From positions 62,001 through 126,000 of the forward strand of contig CDRNVI010000140.1 in assembly GCA_977017575.1 (NCBI GenBank): a DNA stretch of 64,000 bases, read 5' to 3'. Position numbers and translations under genes: made by a program. The DNA comes from Paramoeba atlantica. Taxonomy: Eukaryota > Protista > Discosea. Positions 32,947-45,643 of the stretch are shown piece by piece (position 1 is the stretch's first letter; each line of letters begins with the position of its first letter). The notes beneath the pieces are model-generated. The model did no database searches and was not told where the DNA came from. It saw nothing but the letters and a program-made list of their open reading frames with translations.

Positions 32947-34898
32947 ATGGGAAGGGATAAAAATAAGAAACAAGAAAGAGGGACTCCTGGTAAGATGAAA
33001 AAGTCACTTAAGAAACATTCTGGAATACTCAAGCTCAGTTTTCCTTCTCTTGGTGAAACTCCCAGCACTGAAAGTGATTCCTCTCTTGATTTTGGTACCC
33101 TCTCTTCCTATCATTCTGATCCTTCTGGTCTTCCTGATTCCTTGGAAATGCAAGTAGTAGTCATAAATGGTGCCCTCTACTAGCAAAAGGTCAATAACAA
33201 GGGCAAAGTTGAATTGATTCCCCTGCTCAAAGTTATAGTTGCTGCTTTGAATGTGGGTGTGAGATGAACTCTGATCCAAGAACTTGATTAAAGTATCTCT
33301 TCATCTTCAACAACACAAAACCATCATTTGGAAAAGAATGCTTTGGTATTGATACTGAATGAGAAATCTTTTGTGACTGACAAAGCTCTCCAACAATCAA
33401 TTGAAAGAGTGATCAATAACCTCTCGAAGAATCTAACCAAAACAGAAAAGCTTGATGCTCTTTATCAAGTTTGGAAAACCAATAGGTGGTCAAATAATGA
33501 ACTCACTGTAACCCTGACATGACCCAAGTTGATAGCATTCAGACTTGACATCATTAGTCATCCTCAAACCTTCCAGAAGTTGGTTTTTGATCTCTGTATA
33601 GCTTCAAGTCACATTTACAAACCCCTTGATACTGATACAAGTGCTTTTTACTTATACAAATTCAATATCTCTAAAGACTTCATAACTCATACAATAAAGT
33701 TCTTGAATATTGTTGTCAAGGAAAAGAAGAGTGAGGACACCCAACTCAAAGAAGTTAGAGACATTTTCAAAGCCTGAGTACAAGATTCTTCATACCATTA
33801 GGCATAGGAGGGAGCAAAAGCTACAGCTAAAGGAAGTGACATGCTTTCTATTGCTCTGACTGTTCAATACCAAAAGGACTACCCAATGAAACAACTTACT
33901 GATAAGACTCAAAACTTCCTTTCATGAGTCTTGAACCTTAATGGACAAGAGCTGAAAGAGGCAAGAAAGAGGGCACAGGAGTTGCAATGCTGAGCCTGTG
34001 AAGACTTTGGTCATGTACCCAAAAATTGTCATTTGGTGAAAAAAGCAATGTAAAAAGGGTTGAAATATTGCCACTATTGTAGTAATCAAGACATCTACAT
34101 TACACAACACTGCAAAGTAACCAGAAAAAGGAAAAGAGGGTTGAAAGATCAAAATCCAAGAGGACAACAAAAACAACAAGATCAAGGTTCAAATAGAGAT
34201 CAAGACCTACATAAAAAAAGAAAACAAGAATTTGAAGAATTTGCCCACAAAATGGATGAAAAGATGAACCAACAATTCAATGAATTGAAAAGTCTCTTCA
34301 TACAAAGTAGTGATCAAACTCAACAAACTCCAATAAATCATGATACATTGTATTTTAATCTTTCTTGTAAAAATTCAAGTAAAAATCCTTCTCCACAAGA
34401 GAAAGAAAATACACAAAAGAAAGAAAATAGATAATTTATGGATATCCATGATATTCCAACTAAACATTACAAAATGGCAATTAATTCTCTAGAATTAACC
34501 AATTCAGAACTCATTTGCATCCTCTCCTTAAGTCAAATTGAACAAAAAAGAAAAGAAAGCCATGATGTTGGGGGATCTCTGGAATTTGAGTTGAAAATAG
34601 GCAATCTAAATTCAACAACATGCCTCGACACAAGATTTAGAATTAATGTAATCAGTTTACAACAATTAAAAAGACTTGATATTCAAATATTAAGAAGAAG
34701 AAAAATCCATACTTTAAAAATCATAGTTGGAAATTCTTCCAAAGTTGTTGTAAATGAAGAAGTTTTACTAAGAGTAAAATTCTCACATTTTGAAGCCAAT
34801 TTATGGTTTTTCATCTTTGACCACCTTCCTGTTCAAACATTGATAGGCTGGCCAGCTATGAAAAGACTAAAACTTGGAATGGATGGCAATTATATTCT
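32947..34898 (+). pseudogene. Gypsy B Gag and aspartic protease
   Basis: ATG 13 nt after the LTR; knuckles C*ACEDFGHVPKNC and CHYC...HC; protease CLDT..INVIS and LIGWPAMKRL. Confidence 0.8.
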
Positions 34899-37800
34899 CA
34901 TTACAGAATTTTTGTATGGTGCCAATGTGTCAATATTTGATTGGTTTTATTTTAATTTAGAAGAAAAAAGGGTTTTTATTTCTAAATATGGAAGAAAAGT
35001 TTGAAAAAAGCCTTGAAATCAAAAAAACATTTGATTCTTTAAAGTACATAAAAAATTGAATGTACAACTTTTAAAAAAGTGTTTTTTTAAATACAAACTT
35101 CAAAGAACAATTTAATTTTGAGCAAGCAAAAAGTGGAACCTTTCTCCTTCTTTTGTGGCATTGGTTTTGTTTTTGATTTGTTGAGAGAGTGAAGATGAAC
35201 AATTTAATTTTTGAGTTTGCTCAAGAGAATAGTCATGTTCATTTCAAGAAGGAAGAAAAAAGTTGAAAACAAAAATGAAAAAGTGAAAACCAAGGATCAG
35301 CTGAAAAAGTGGAGCAGGAACAAATGATCAAAACCCTCAAAAGAGACTTGTTTTGTGATTTTTCAACATTAGGTTTCCTCAAGAACCCAGCAAATATCTT
35401 CTCATCTCATTTTTTCCAAGTTAAGGGAAAGATTGAGGTGATTCACAACTTTCACAAAACTGCTTGTCATCTTGTTTATCAGGAGCTCAACACTTAAGTT
35501 CAATTGACTCTTAAAAACTTGCAATCTCAAAGTGACAGTTACTTATCTCCATTGAAAGAACAAATTTATTTATTGAATATCGAAATTAAAAACAAAAAAA
35601 AGATATATTCTCTTCCTGGGATGTTGTCAAAAGAAGAAAAACAGTGTGAACTACTTGCAATTGCTGAAGACAAAGAGTCAATTTCATTTTTGAAGGACTT
35701 TCTCTTTGAATTTAAAGTTGAAAATCAATATTTTGGAAGGTATTTGGAAGAAAAGCAAAGATTTTTAGAGAGTGGATAAAATATAAGCAAAAAGGATCAA
35801 TTGCCTCCAAACCCACCCCAAACCTTGAATGGACAAAAATGGTTGCTGAATATGATGAAAGCTTTTCATAGCCATGAAATGTTTGATGGAATGAAATTCC
35901 TTGAATTGTGGATAAATTATGTCATTTTAAAGTGAGGCTTTTTTGAAACAAAATTTGAGACTGCAATGAATATTGTTGAAACTGTTCTCAATAAATTTGC
36001 CAAAACTCAAATTCAAAACAAATTGAAGGAAAATAAGTGGGTGCCAGAAAAGTATGTTCTCAGATTGGGGTTGAGGGGAGGTCTCAACAGAAATGCCATG
36101 ATGAACTTAATTTTTTGCTTTTCTATTGATATTTTAACAAGAATACACAATTTTAAGAAGAAGAAAAATGGTTGGAAGGATTGAACAGTGAGTCATTGCA
36201 GGACAAATGGAAATTAAACTTTTGTAAAAAAAAGATACCAAAGAACTCAGCTCATTTAATTTTGAGAATTGATTTAATGACAAAGTGGTGGGCTGACTTT
36301 CAAGATTTCTCTTCATGTTCATCCTCATCATTGAACTCACCTTCATCTTCCTTATCCTTCTCATCTTCATTCTCTTCCTCTTCCTCTTTTTCTTCCTCTT
36401 TGTCTTCTTCTTCTTCACCTTCCTCTTTCCTTTTGTTGAAATCTCATCTGGAGGAAGAATATAAGAAAAGCTCCACAAAAGAACAATTTAAGAAGAATCA
36501 CTCATTGAAGCCCAAATCATTGAAGTTGCTGGTCTTTGCATTTTCTAAATACAAAATTCCTTTTCGATTCTGAGTTGGTGATGATGGAAATTGGAAATTA
36601 GGGTGATACACAGGCACTCAAATGCAACAAATATTGGAGAATGTTGAAAGAATCTTTTGTTGCAATCCAAATCAATCATCCATAATATTATTGTAGGTTA
36701 CCTTTTGAGAATGTTTTCAAATGCTGATAAGTAACCCCCTAAAAAGGTCAAATTGTGAAGCAGTCACCATTAATTTTGAAAAAAAAATTGGTTCTTAGAA
36801 GGAAAGCTTCACAGATTGGGGAGGGGAGATGGGTTCCACCTGGTGAATTTATTTCCACATTCTAGAAGCTCACACAGTAGATATGTATTGTTAGTTTAGG
36901 AATTTGTGACCTTGGGCAGCAGAAGCTGGGGAGCAGGTCCACTACTTGGATTGTATGCACTTCCATCAGAGTAGTCAACAAGGTTCTGCAAATCTGAACA
37001 CTAAAGTCCTCACAACTGGACTTTGTTTTTAATATAGCCATTTTTTAGCAAATCAATATCAAACCTCTTTGGATATTCCACAAGAAATTTGAGCAACCCA
37101 AACAAATTTAAATCAAAGAAGTGAAGTGGTGATGGACCCAAAATTGATTTGAACTGCTTAAGAAGACTTTTTCCTCCCATGAATGTATGATCTTGAAACT
37201 GAAATTTCTTTGAAAAAAGATGGTGATGAGAAATAAAATTTATAAGTTTTTTATTAATTTCACTTCAACCAATTTTTTTGAGAGCTTTGGTTTGTGTGTT
37301 GCTTTCCTTTTATTTAGTTTTTCAGAGGATTTGATTTTTTTTTATGATTAACAAAAGACACACCCATCATTTTCAACCCTAAATCAAGTGGCAAACTCAT
37401 GTGAAAGTAATGACAAGCATGAATGGCCATTGCAGATTTTGGTGAATTTTTCCAAAGGATTTGAAGTTTGGGGAGACCAACACCACAATCACTTTCCCCT
37501 CAATTAAAACCCAAATATTGGCAAAATGACAAACCAAAGTTTGAAGCATCTTTGTGGAGGAGGGTTCCATGGCCTCCTCCAATCCAAATTTGTTGAGTAC
37601 ATTTCATTAGAAGTTGAACTCTCATATCTTTTCCTGTTTCCTTTCAAGCTGTTTGAAATTTCTCACACATTCCAATCTGTTCCACAAAAAAGTTTGAATT
37701 CTTTTTTAATCCAGTTATCCACTTCACCAAGCAATGCTCTCCTATCTCATATGCAATTAAAAGAGATGAAAGAATTTTCTTTATGTCATCTGTTAGATGT

Positions 37801-40800
37801 TGAGTTTGAGCCCATTTCATTAAAAAGTTTTGAATTTTGTGAAGCCCAAGAGCTATGAGGTTCCACCCTCAAGCATTCTGCTTACATTTTGGTAGGAGGA
37901 GGTTCAAAGAGAGAAGCAAAGATTGAAGAATTGACATTTTATAAACCTCCTCTTCTGAAGCTACCTGAGAGCAAAAAAACATATCATTATGACCACTCTG
38001 AAACAAAATGGATAAATCTGCAGAAATGATATTTAAAAGGTTTTCCTCAACCAATAAATTCAAGTGCTTTAAAAACCCACCTGATTGATCTGAAAGTTGT
38101 TCTAAAATTTTGGGTCTGTCATTCAATTCTGGATAGATTCAAAGCCAACCTTTCTGATTCCATTTGTTATTTAACCCCCCTTCTAACTCATTGTTGAACT
38201 GAAGGATTTTCAATCCTTTTGTCAAAAAAGCAAAATCAAAGGAGGTGAAGACCTTCCTTTGAGCTTCAGAGGGAACCTCTTGGAAGTAATGATCCAAGTA
38301 GGATGCATTCAACATGCAATCATGTGATCAGGTGCAAGAGGACAGCCTTGAAAACAAACCCCACTTCCTCCAAACTCAAGAACACCATGGTTCCCTTCAC
38401 TTCCCTCAATTTTTAAATCCCAAATTTTTGATTGGATTTGCTTTGATAAGTTTTCCCAAGAAATGTTCAATTCTTGTAAAATCTCACAAGTGTTTTGAAA
38501 GTGGTCCATTTTTCTCAAACTCCTCAAGTTTTTTGCCTTGCCTGCCTGCTCCACAAATTGCATTTGAGGTATTTAGCCACCACTCCTTTTTAAAATTTTT
38601 CAATAATAAAAAAATTCAAAAAGTTTCTCAAATTGAACTTTTTGAGGTATTGAAATGAAAAAAGAGTATTTTTGCTTCCCCACAAAAAAAAAAGTTTTTG
38701 TGGAAAAAGTTTTAAACCTTTAATAAAACTAAAAAATCCTTTTCAGAGTTTAATTCATTTGAAATATTTAGCCACCACTTCTTTTTAAAATTTTTCAATA
38801 ATAAAAAAATTCAAAAAGTTCCTCAAATTGAACTTTTTGAAGTGTTGAAATGAAAAAAGAGTAGTTTTGCTTCTCCACAAAAAAAAGTTTTTTTGTGAAA
38901 AAGATCTTTCAACCCTTTCTTCCTTCAGTTTTCCACTTCTATTTTCTTTTTCTTTTCACAATGAAGTGTTTATATTGCAATTCTGAGATTCAAAACAGTT
39001 TAGTTCATTATTGAGGTTTCTTGATTGTTGCTCTGGTTGGTTGCTCAGTTTAATTACAAAATCAAAAATTGAAAAAAACACCAAACTCATTGCCAATTAT
39101 CTCATTGAAGTCTTTGATATTTCCAAGGAGTTCAATTATTTTGATTGCAACACAGCTTTTTGTCCAGGTTACATTGGATACTCAAATTATTGTGGTGGTT
39201 CCTATATGGATTTTTTGAAGCAAACATCATGGTTGGCATGAGTCTTCCCCACTTTGAAACCACAATAAAAGTGGATACAAACTCACCCCAAATTGACCAT
39301 GAGAAAAAAAAATATTTCAACCTTAGTGAACAAACAAAAAAGGAGGTTACTTTTTTTTCATCAGTTTCAGCTCAGGAATTGGTGAGTCTTCAACTTACCA
39401 CCCTCAGTTCTGGATTTGGGAAGAGGTCCTTGAAGAAGGTTCCTTTTGGTATTTGAATCCCAGAAAATTATAAAATTTGCAAAGCAACAAAACTTTCCCT
39501 CCCCTTTTGAGGCCTCTTATCTTCGATGAAAAGAAACCACTTGTTGGTCAAGTTGAAACCCTCTGTAGTTAGGGGAAACAGGGATATTCCTGCTTGCTCC
39601 AACTCTGCTTACCCTTTCCAAATCAAGGGGATCTTTTTGTTGGAAGTAATTCTTGTAGTGAACCATGGGATCCATCAACATCACTAACTTTGTGCCCACT
39701 TTTATTTCTAAAGGATTATTTGCTGGTTCTGAGTAAGAAAGAACTTTTTGATTCATTGCTGAATGAAGTTTTCATTTTTATTCAAGAAGATAATTTCCCT
39801 GCAACCAGCCAAGTGATTTTAGAGAAGTTGAACCCCTCCAAACCACTCAATCCAAGGGATGTTTTTGAACTTGTTCACTCAATGCCATTGATTAAAGAAA
39901 AGATTCAATTGAACAGAGTGGATTCTCTTTTTCCAAGTTCTGATTACCTCTTCATCAAGGCCTTGAACACTGACTGTCATCTCCCTTGGCAAAAATCAAC
40001 CAACCAAAAAGCCTCAAAGGAGTTTCAACAAGGAAAGGAAATGCCAAAGCACAAGAGGAAGGAAAAATCAGCCTGAGAAACCTCTCCTCTTCCCTCAATG
40101 ATCCCCAAGCAACCTCAGACTGCACATCCTCAAAATAATAAGAAACAAACTCCAAAACCCTCCCTGTGTCCCACATAACACAACCATTCAGAAGATTACA
40201 TTTTCAATTCCTTCCCAAATGAAAAAAAGCAAAAAAAAGCCAACATGAATAAGGAAACTGATCACTCATTACCAGCAACCTCATTTCCATGAGGTTCCCC
40301 ACTTCCCCAATCACCAGAACTTCAACAATCTCCTTCACCAACTGAAACTAACCAATCCTTACAACCTGAAAAACCTGTCTCCAGTCAATTAATACTCCAC
40401 TCTCCTTCAACAAAAATGAAACAATTACAATTAAACACCAATCCACTAACTTTTGAGCTAATGATTTCAAATGTACCAACACTTGACCACATTTAACAAT
40501 TCCACTCTAATTCCACTTCCTCTGATCCAATAGATTGAAACAAATCTATAATTCAACAACTGCCACTTCAGTCTTTTCAATCAAATTCCACCCTCATTCC
40601 ATTCAAAGAAGGAGCAACAAACCCCTATCTTTTTATTCAAAATCAACCACCACCAATACCTCAGGTCATTCAAATTCAATCCAACCCATTTTTTCCTTGA
40701 CAAGAACCAACTTCTTATGAAACATTTTCAACTCCACAAACAATAATTCAACTTCCACTTCTTCAATCTTTTCAAACCCAACCAAATTACAATTTCTGAC

Positions 40801-42131
40801 CAGTTCCACAAAACTGAACTTCCTATCAAATACTTTCTATTCAATCACCCCAACAATTCCAACAAAATTTCAATCCTTCACCCCAAATCTGATTTCAACA
40901 AAATGACAATTCACAAATTTATGGATTGGCTCAACAACCAATGTATCAATCAACAGCAGTGGCAAACCCACAACCACTTCAAAATCCCTAACTATCAATG
41001 GTGTGTGGCAATGACACATCCTCACAAACCCAAGTATTTTTTTTTTGGATTTGAATATTTCTCTTTTTCAATTAATACTTTTTATTAATTCATTTTTTTC
41101 AAAATTCAAATGAATCAAATTCTTTTACATCAAAGGCAGATGCAGCAAGAACTTAACAAACTGAAAAAGTTAGTTTTTTCATTTACTAATTAAATTTTTT
41201 TCCCTTTTTTTTTCAACATTTTACTAATAATGGAAATAGATCCAAAAAATAGTTTTATTTTTTTCAAAATTTTTTTGTAAAATAAATTTAATTTTGTTTC
41301 AAAATAATTCAACAAATAATTTCCTTCAAGTGCAACAAAAGCCAGATGCATTTGTAACTTCAATGATTCCACAGCATTTGAATTGACTTTTTTTTTTTGT
41401 AAATTTTAAAATCAACTCAGATTCACACTCAATTTTCATCAGTTTGAATAACATTAGATTCAATCCAATGATAAAAAATGATATTTACCTTCTCATTTAA
41501 AAAAATGTTGCTACAAGAACTTTGTGAAAGAATCTTTTTGGTTCACCATTCAGAACAGTTCAAAAAGCAAGAATTCAGTTTTTTTAAATCATCTTAAGAA
41601 CAGATTCGAGCACATTGTCCTGATTCATCAACTTGAAACTTCACTTTTTTGAATTTTTTCAATGGTTCCCAAAAAATCTTACAGAAAATTTGTTTTGGCA
41701 ATGGTAGCTGAATCCAAAAAGATTAAATTCATTTCTTCAAGGCAAAATCAAGTCACTTTTCAAATTCAAGAAGAATCATGGAGTTCACCCATCACTTTGT
41801 CTTATTCAAATTGAAACTCTCTTCATCAACAGGAATGGTCTCCATCAGCAGTGGCTGCTATGTTTTTTCCACTCCTCTTTTTCAGTGTTTTCTTTGCTTC
41901 TCAACAGTTTTTTGTTTCCTCTTTTTCATTTGTTGAATTTTCTCAGTAATGAAATCAATCTTTATGATTTCATCTAATGAGATTGGAGGTTCTTTTGGTG
42001 TTCATTTTGGCAGTTTCTCATTTCCTTTCATTGCTATAATCAAAAATGGAAAACAAAACGAAAAAAAGTCTGATTTATTTTTTAATCAATCAAATATTGA
42101 CATGTTAGCACCATACAAAAATTCTGTAATG
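34899..42131 (+). mobile_element. Large TIR DNA transposon, copy 2 (transposase core and SET core deleted)
   Basis: TIRs at 34899-34943 and 42087-42131; colinear with copy 1 apart from deletions; interrupts gypsy B Pol just after the protease. Confidence 0.9.
38961..41240 (+). pseudogene. SET-gene remnant in transposon copy 2: retains the post-SET region and a long C-terminal region missing from copy 1
   Basis: MKCLYCN start fused to FLDCCSGWLLSLITKSKIEKNTKLIANY...DCNTAFCPGYIG, followed by ORFs 39145 and 39594 and a Q/P/S/T/N-rich tail. Confidence 0.6.
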
Positions 42132-43974
42132 TGTGGCAAGAAAAAAAGCTTATCCAAGCAAAGCCAAAAGAAAATAATCTTCAAATGAATGAACTTAGTC
42201 CAGACTTAGAACTTCTTGATGATAGAAGGAACCAGAGAAGTAAGACCCTGGTCACAATGACAGTAACCAGTGGCATTCCCTCAAGATTGGCTGTGATAGT
42301 GCCACTCACAGCAAAAGGACAAGTCTCATCACCAGAATGTTTTTTCTTTCCAAGAAATAGTGGAAAAGACAAATTAATTGCTCCACAAGATCTTATCTCA
42401 ATTACTCAAAAAGAAAAACCTGAAAGAAAGAAAAACATCTATCAATCAAATATATTGGTAATTAATCCAACAAACAAATATGTAAAACTTAAAAAAGGAT
42501 GGGAACTTGGTTCCATATATGAGATTAATGATGATAATGTTGAACAAACAGAACTTCTTCAAATATCAAATTGTTCACTCCTTGATCTTCAAGATATTCA
42601 ACCTATAAAAAAGGTGAATACAAAAGAACAAGATCAAAAATCAAAAGAAAAGAAACCATTTAATTCAAAAGTGGAAGCAAACTATTTTAAAGCTCTCAAC
42701 AGCCCTTGGCTTGACACTTGGGTTGCTAAAGAAAATAAGATGTTGTTTTTTAAAGAGGGATGAAAACACAAATTTTCAGAAAATTTTGCAGAAAAAATCT
42801 CCCTAATTCAAAGTCAAAAACAACTTAAAATAAATCCAACAATGGAAACAGATGCTTTTGACAAATCAAAGATAAATCAAGTTTTTGCTCTCTTTGCAAA
42901 TCCAAAAAATGAACCACTGGATTTTGGTGAAGAAAATCAAATGAAATCTGAATTAAAAGAAGCATATGAGACATTTCAAATCAATGCTACAAACTTGAAT
43001 TCTCAACAACAAATTAAATTAGCAAAACTGCTAACTGAATTTAAAAACCTTTGAGATAAACAAAAAAGAGAAGGTCCATTGACCCAAACAACAGCAACAA
43101 AGCATAAGATTGAAACTGATGCAACTGCTAAACCAGTTTGCACAGTTCCTTGAAAAACAATTCCTGCTGAAGATTACATTATTTGGAAACATATTGATAA
43201 AATGGTGAAAAGAAAAGTAATTCAACCTTCAACCTTACCATGGGCTTCACCAATTCTATTAGCAAACAAAAAGAATGGCAAAATCCGATTTTATGTTGAT
43301 TTTCATCATCTTAATAATGTCACAAAGAAGGATGCATATCCTCTTCTAAGAATGGATACAATTCTTGAAGCTCTTGGCAATTCCTCATATTTCTCATCAG
43401 TTGATCTGATAGATGCCTTTTAATCAATTCTGATCCAACAACAAGATGTTGAAAAAACAGCTTTTATAAGCAAATATGAACTTTGGGAATTTCTCTCAAT
43501 GCCATTTGGATTGTGTAATGCTCCAGCAATACAACAATGTTATATTGAAGCTGTATTGAATGAACTTATATGGAGATGCTGTTTTGCATATGTCAATAAC
43601 ATTATCTGTTTCAGCAATTTCTTTGAAAAACATTTAAAAGACTTGAGGGATATACTAGAAAGACTAAAGGAACATAATTTAATTTTACAACCTTTAAAAT
43701 GTTCTTTCTGTAAACCAACTTTTGAAATACTTGGCTTTGTTGCTACAAAGGATGGTTTATCACCAAATCCAAAAAAGGTTGAAGCAATCCAAAATTATTC
43801 CCTTCTAAAATCACCAAAGGAGGTTGAGATATTTATAGGAATGGTTACTTGGTTGAAAAAATTCATACCAAACCTCTCCAAATTAACTTTTCATCTAAGA
43901 AAAGCAAAAACATGAAAAGAATTAAGATTTTTCCTATCAGAAAAAGCTGAAAAAGAATTTCAAATACTGAAAAA
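42132..43974 (+). pseudogene. Gypsy B Pol linker and reverse transcriptase
   Basis: INPTNKYVKLKKGWELG linker; PWASPILL, RFYVDF..LNNVTKKDAYPL, MPFGLCNAPA, AYVNNII (degenerate YxDD), KCSF. Confidence 0.9.
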
Positions 43975-44367
43975 TGTCACGATCCTGTTGGTTCTTGGTT
44001 TTGTCCATTTGGAGCCATTCTCACATTCATCACTGCTGCTCTGTCTGCTCTCTCTTTTCCCCTCTCTTCTTTCTCTTTTCTCTTTGTTTTCCTCCTTTAG
44101 TTTTCTCCTGTTCTTTTTCTTCTTTTCCTGCTTTTTGTGATGTTGATTTCTGCTTTGTTCTGTTGCAGTTATCTTTGATCTCACACTGATTTGTCTTCCT
44201 TTTTGTCTTTTTCCTCTTTTTGATTTGTCTTGCTTTTTCCCTTTTCCCATCTGATGTCACATTCATTTGTTCCCTCTTTTGTGTTTCTTGTTACCAATAA
44301 ACACTTTTCTTCACTCTCTTTGGGTTTGTGCCTTTGCTCTTGTTCCTTGCCCCACCCATGGCCACAC
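43975..44367. repeat. Solo LTR (393 bp) of a third family, inserted between gypsy B RT and RNase H
   Basis: TGTCACGATCC...GGCCACACA flanked by a 5-bp AAAAA duplication; termini resemble LTR-1. Confidence 0.75.
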
Positions 44368-44372
44368 AAAAA

Positions 44373-44772
44373 ACATACTCAAAAAGAAACTTGTGTAGCA
44401 CATCTAGATCTCTCAAAAAGATTCTTCATCCATGTTAATGCTAGTTCTCAAGGTCTTGGAGCTATCCTAACACAATTAGATGACAAAGGTTATCTCAGAG
44501 TAATCAAGTATGCTTCAAAGGCATTAACACCAACTCAATAAAAATATACTAATCTTATCAGAGAAGGATTAGAAATTATTTAAATTTTAAAAAACTTTAA
44601 GTATTATGTTCACAGAAGAGAATCAATTGTAGTTTGCAATTGTCAAGCTCTGCACTCAGTCTTCTCAAGAACTGAAACAAAAATCCCTGAATATGCAATG
44701 TTGTGTGATTGGGTTGCCTGAACATTAAAATAGAATCCTCTCATCATACATAAACCTGAAAAGCTGATGGCT
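44373..44772 (+). pseudogene. Gypsy B RNase H
   Basis: CVAHLDLSKRFFIHVNASSQGLGAILTQ...YASKALTPTQ*KY...IIHKPEKLMA. Confidence 0.85.
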
Positions 44773-45643
44773 CACACAGGGGTGGGCTCAAGCTGCACTT
44801 GCAGTTAGGGCAATTTGTGGGTTTGAATTGGACTACTAGAGAGATTTCAACACCCTGAAAGTTAGCTGATGTTATTGCTCACCTCAGCTCACAAACAGCC
44901 TCAACTTAACTTTCTTTCATTGTTCAAACTTTTGATTATCAAAAAAAAACCAAGAAAAACATCAATTGTCAAAAAAATAACTTCAACAGTTGAAAAAAAA
45001 CAACAAAGATTTCAACCATCAAAAAAATAATTTTGACAGTCAAAAAAATAATTTCAACAGTTAAAAAAAAACAAAAAAAAAATCAACCATTGAAAAAAAA
45101 GTGCTTTTTTTTTGACCACCAAAAAACAAAGCTGCCACCAGTTTTTTGTTTTGTTTTTCCTTTCCAGAACTGAAAGAAAGGTTGAAAAGAGTGTTTGAGA
45201 GTGAGTTTTGAGGTGTTTTTTGAAGAAAAAAAAAAGAATTTGTTTCTCTTTTCACTTTTTTATTATCAAATGAATTTACAGTAAGAAATCTCTTTCTGTT
45301 TGGATCAATCAACAAAACAGATTCTTTTTTTTCCTTTCACAACATCATCATCTTCAACTTCAACACACATTCAACCTTTTCTTTCAAATTAAACAATCCA
45401 ATCATCAAAAAAATAACAAATACACACTTTTTTTCCTTTTTCTTTTTCTTTTTTGTTCCATTTCTTCAACCTTCACCATTTTCATTCAACCAAAAAACAA
45501 ACAAATCAAAAGAGAGACCACAAGAGTGAACATGTGGATATGATGTTAGATTTTTTTTTGAAGGCTCAAAAGGAATATCTGAAGTCACTTCAACCCCAAA
45601 AAATGCCACAATTGCAAGTGCAGCTTGAGCTCACCCCTGTGTG
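44773..45643. mobile_element. MITE / non-autonomous TIR element (871 bp) with CAC ends
   Basis: 34-bp TIR CACACAGGGGTGRGCTCAAGCTGCACTTGCARTT with 2 mismatches; internal degenerate TTCAAC...AAAAAA repeats at ~44950-45100; interrupts the KPEKLMA/ISDVLSR motif. Confidence 0.88.

Noticed and set aside
44950-45110. Possible CRISPR-like or iteron array of TTCAAC...AAAAAA units
   Set aside because: The units are degenerate, irregularly spaced and lack unique spacers. They lie inside a MITE in a eukaryotic context with no cas genes.
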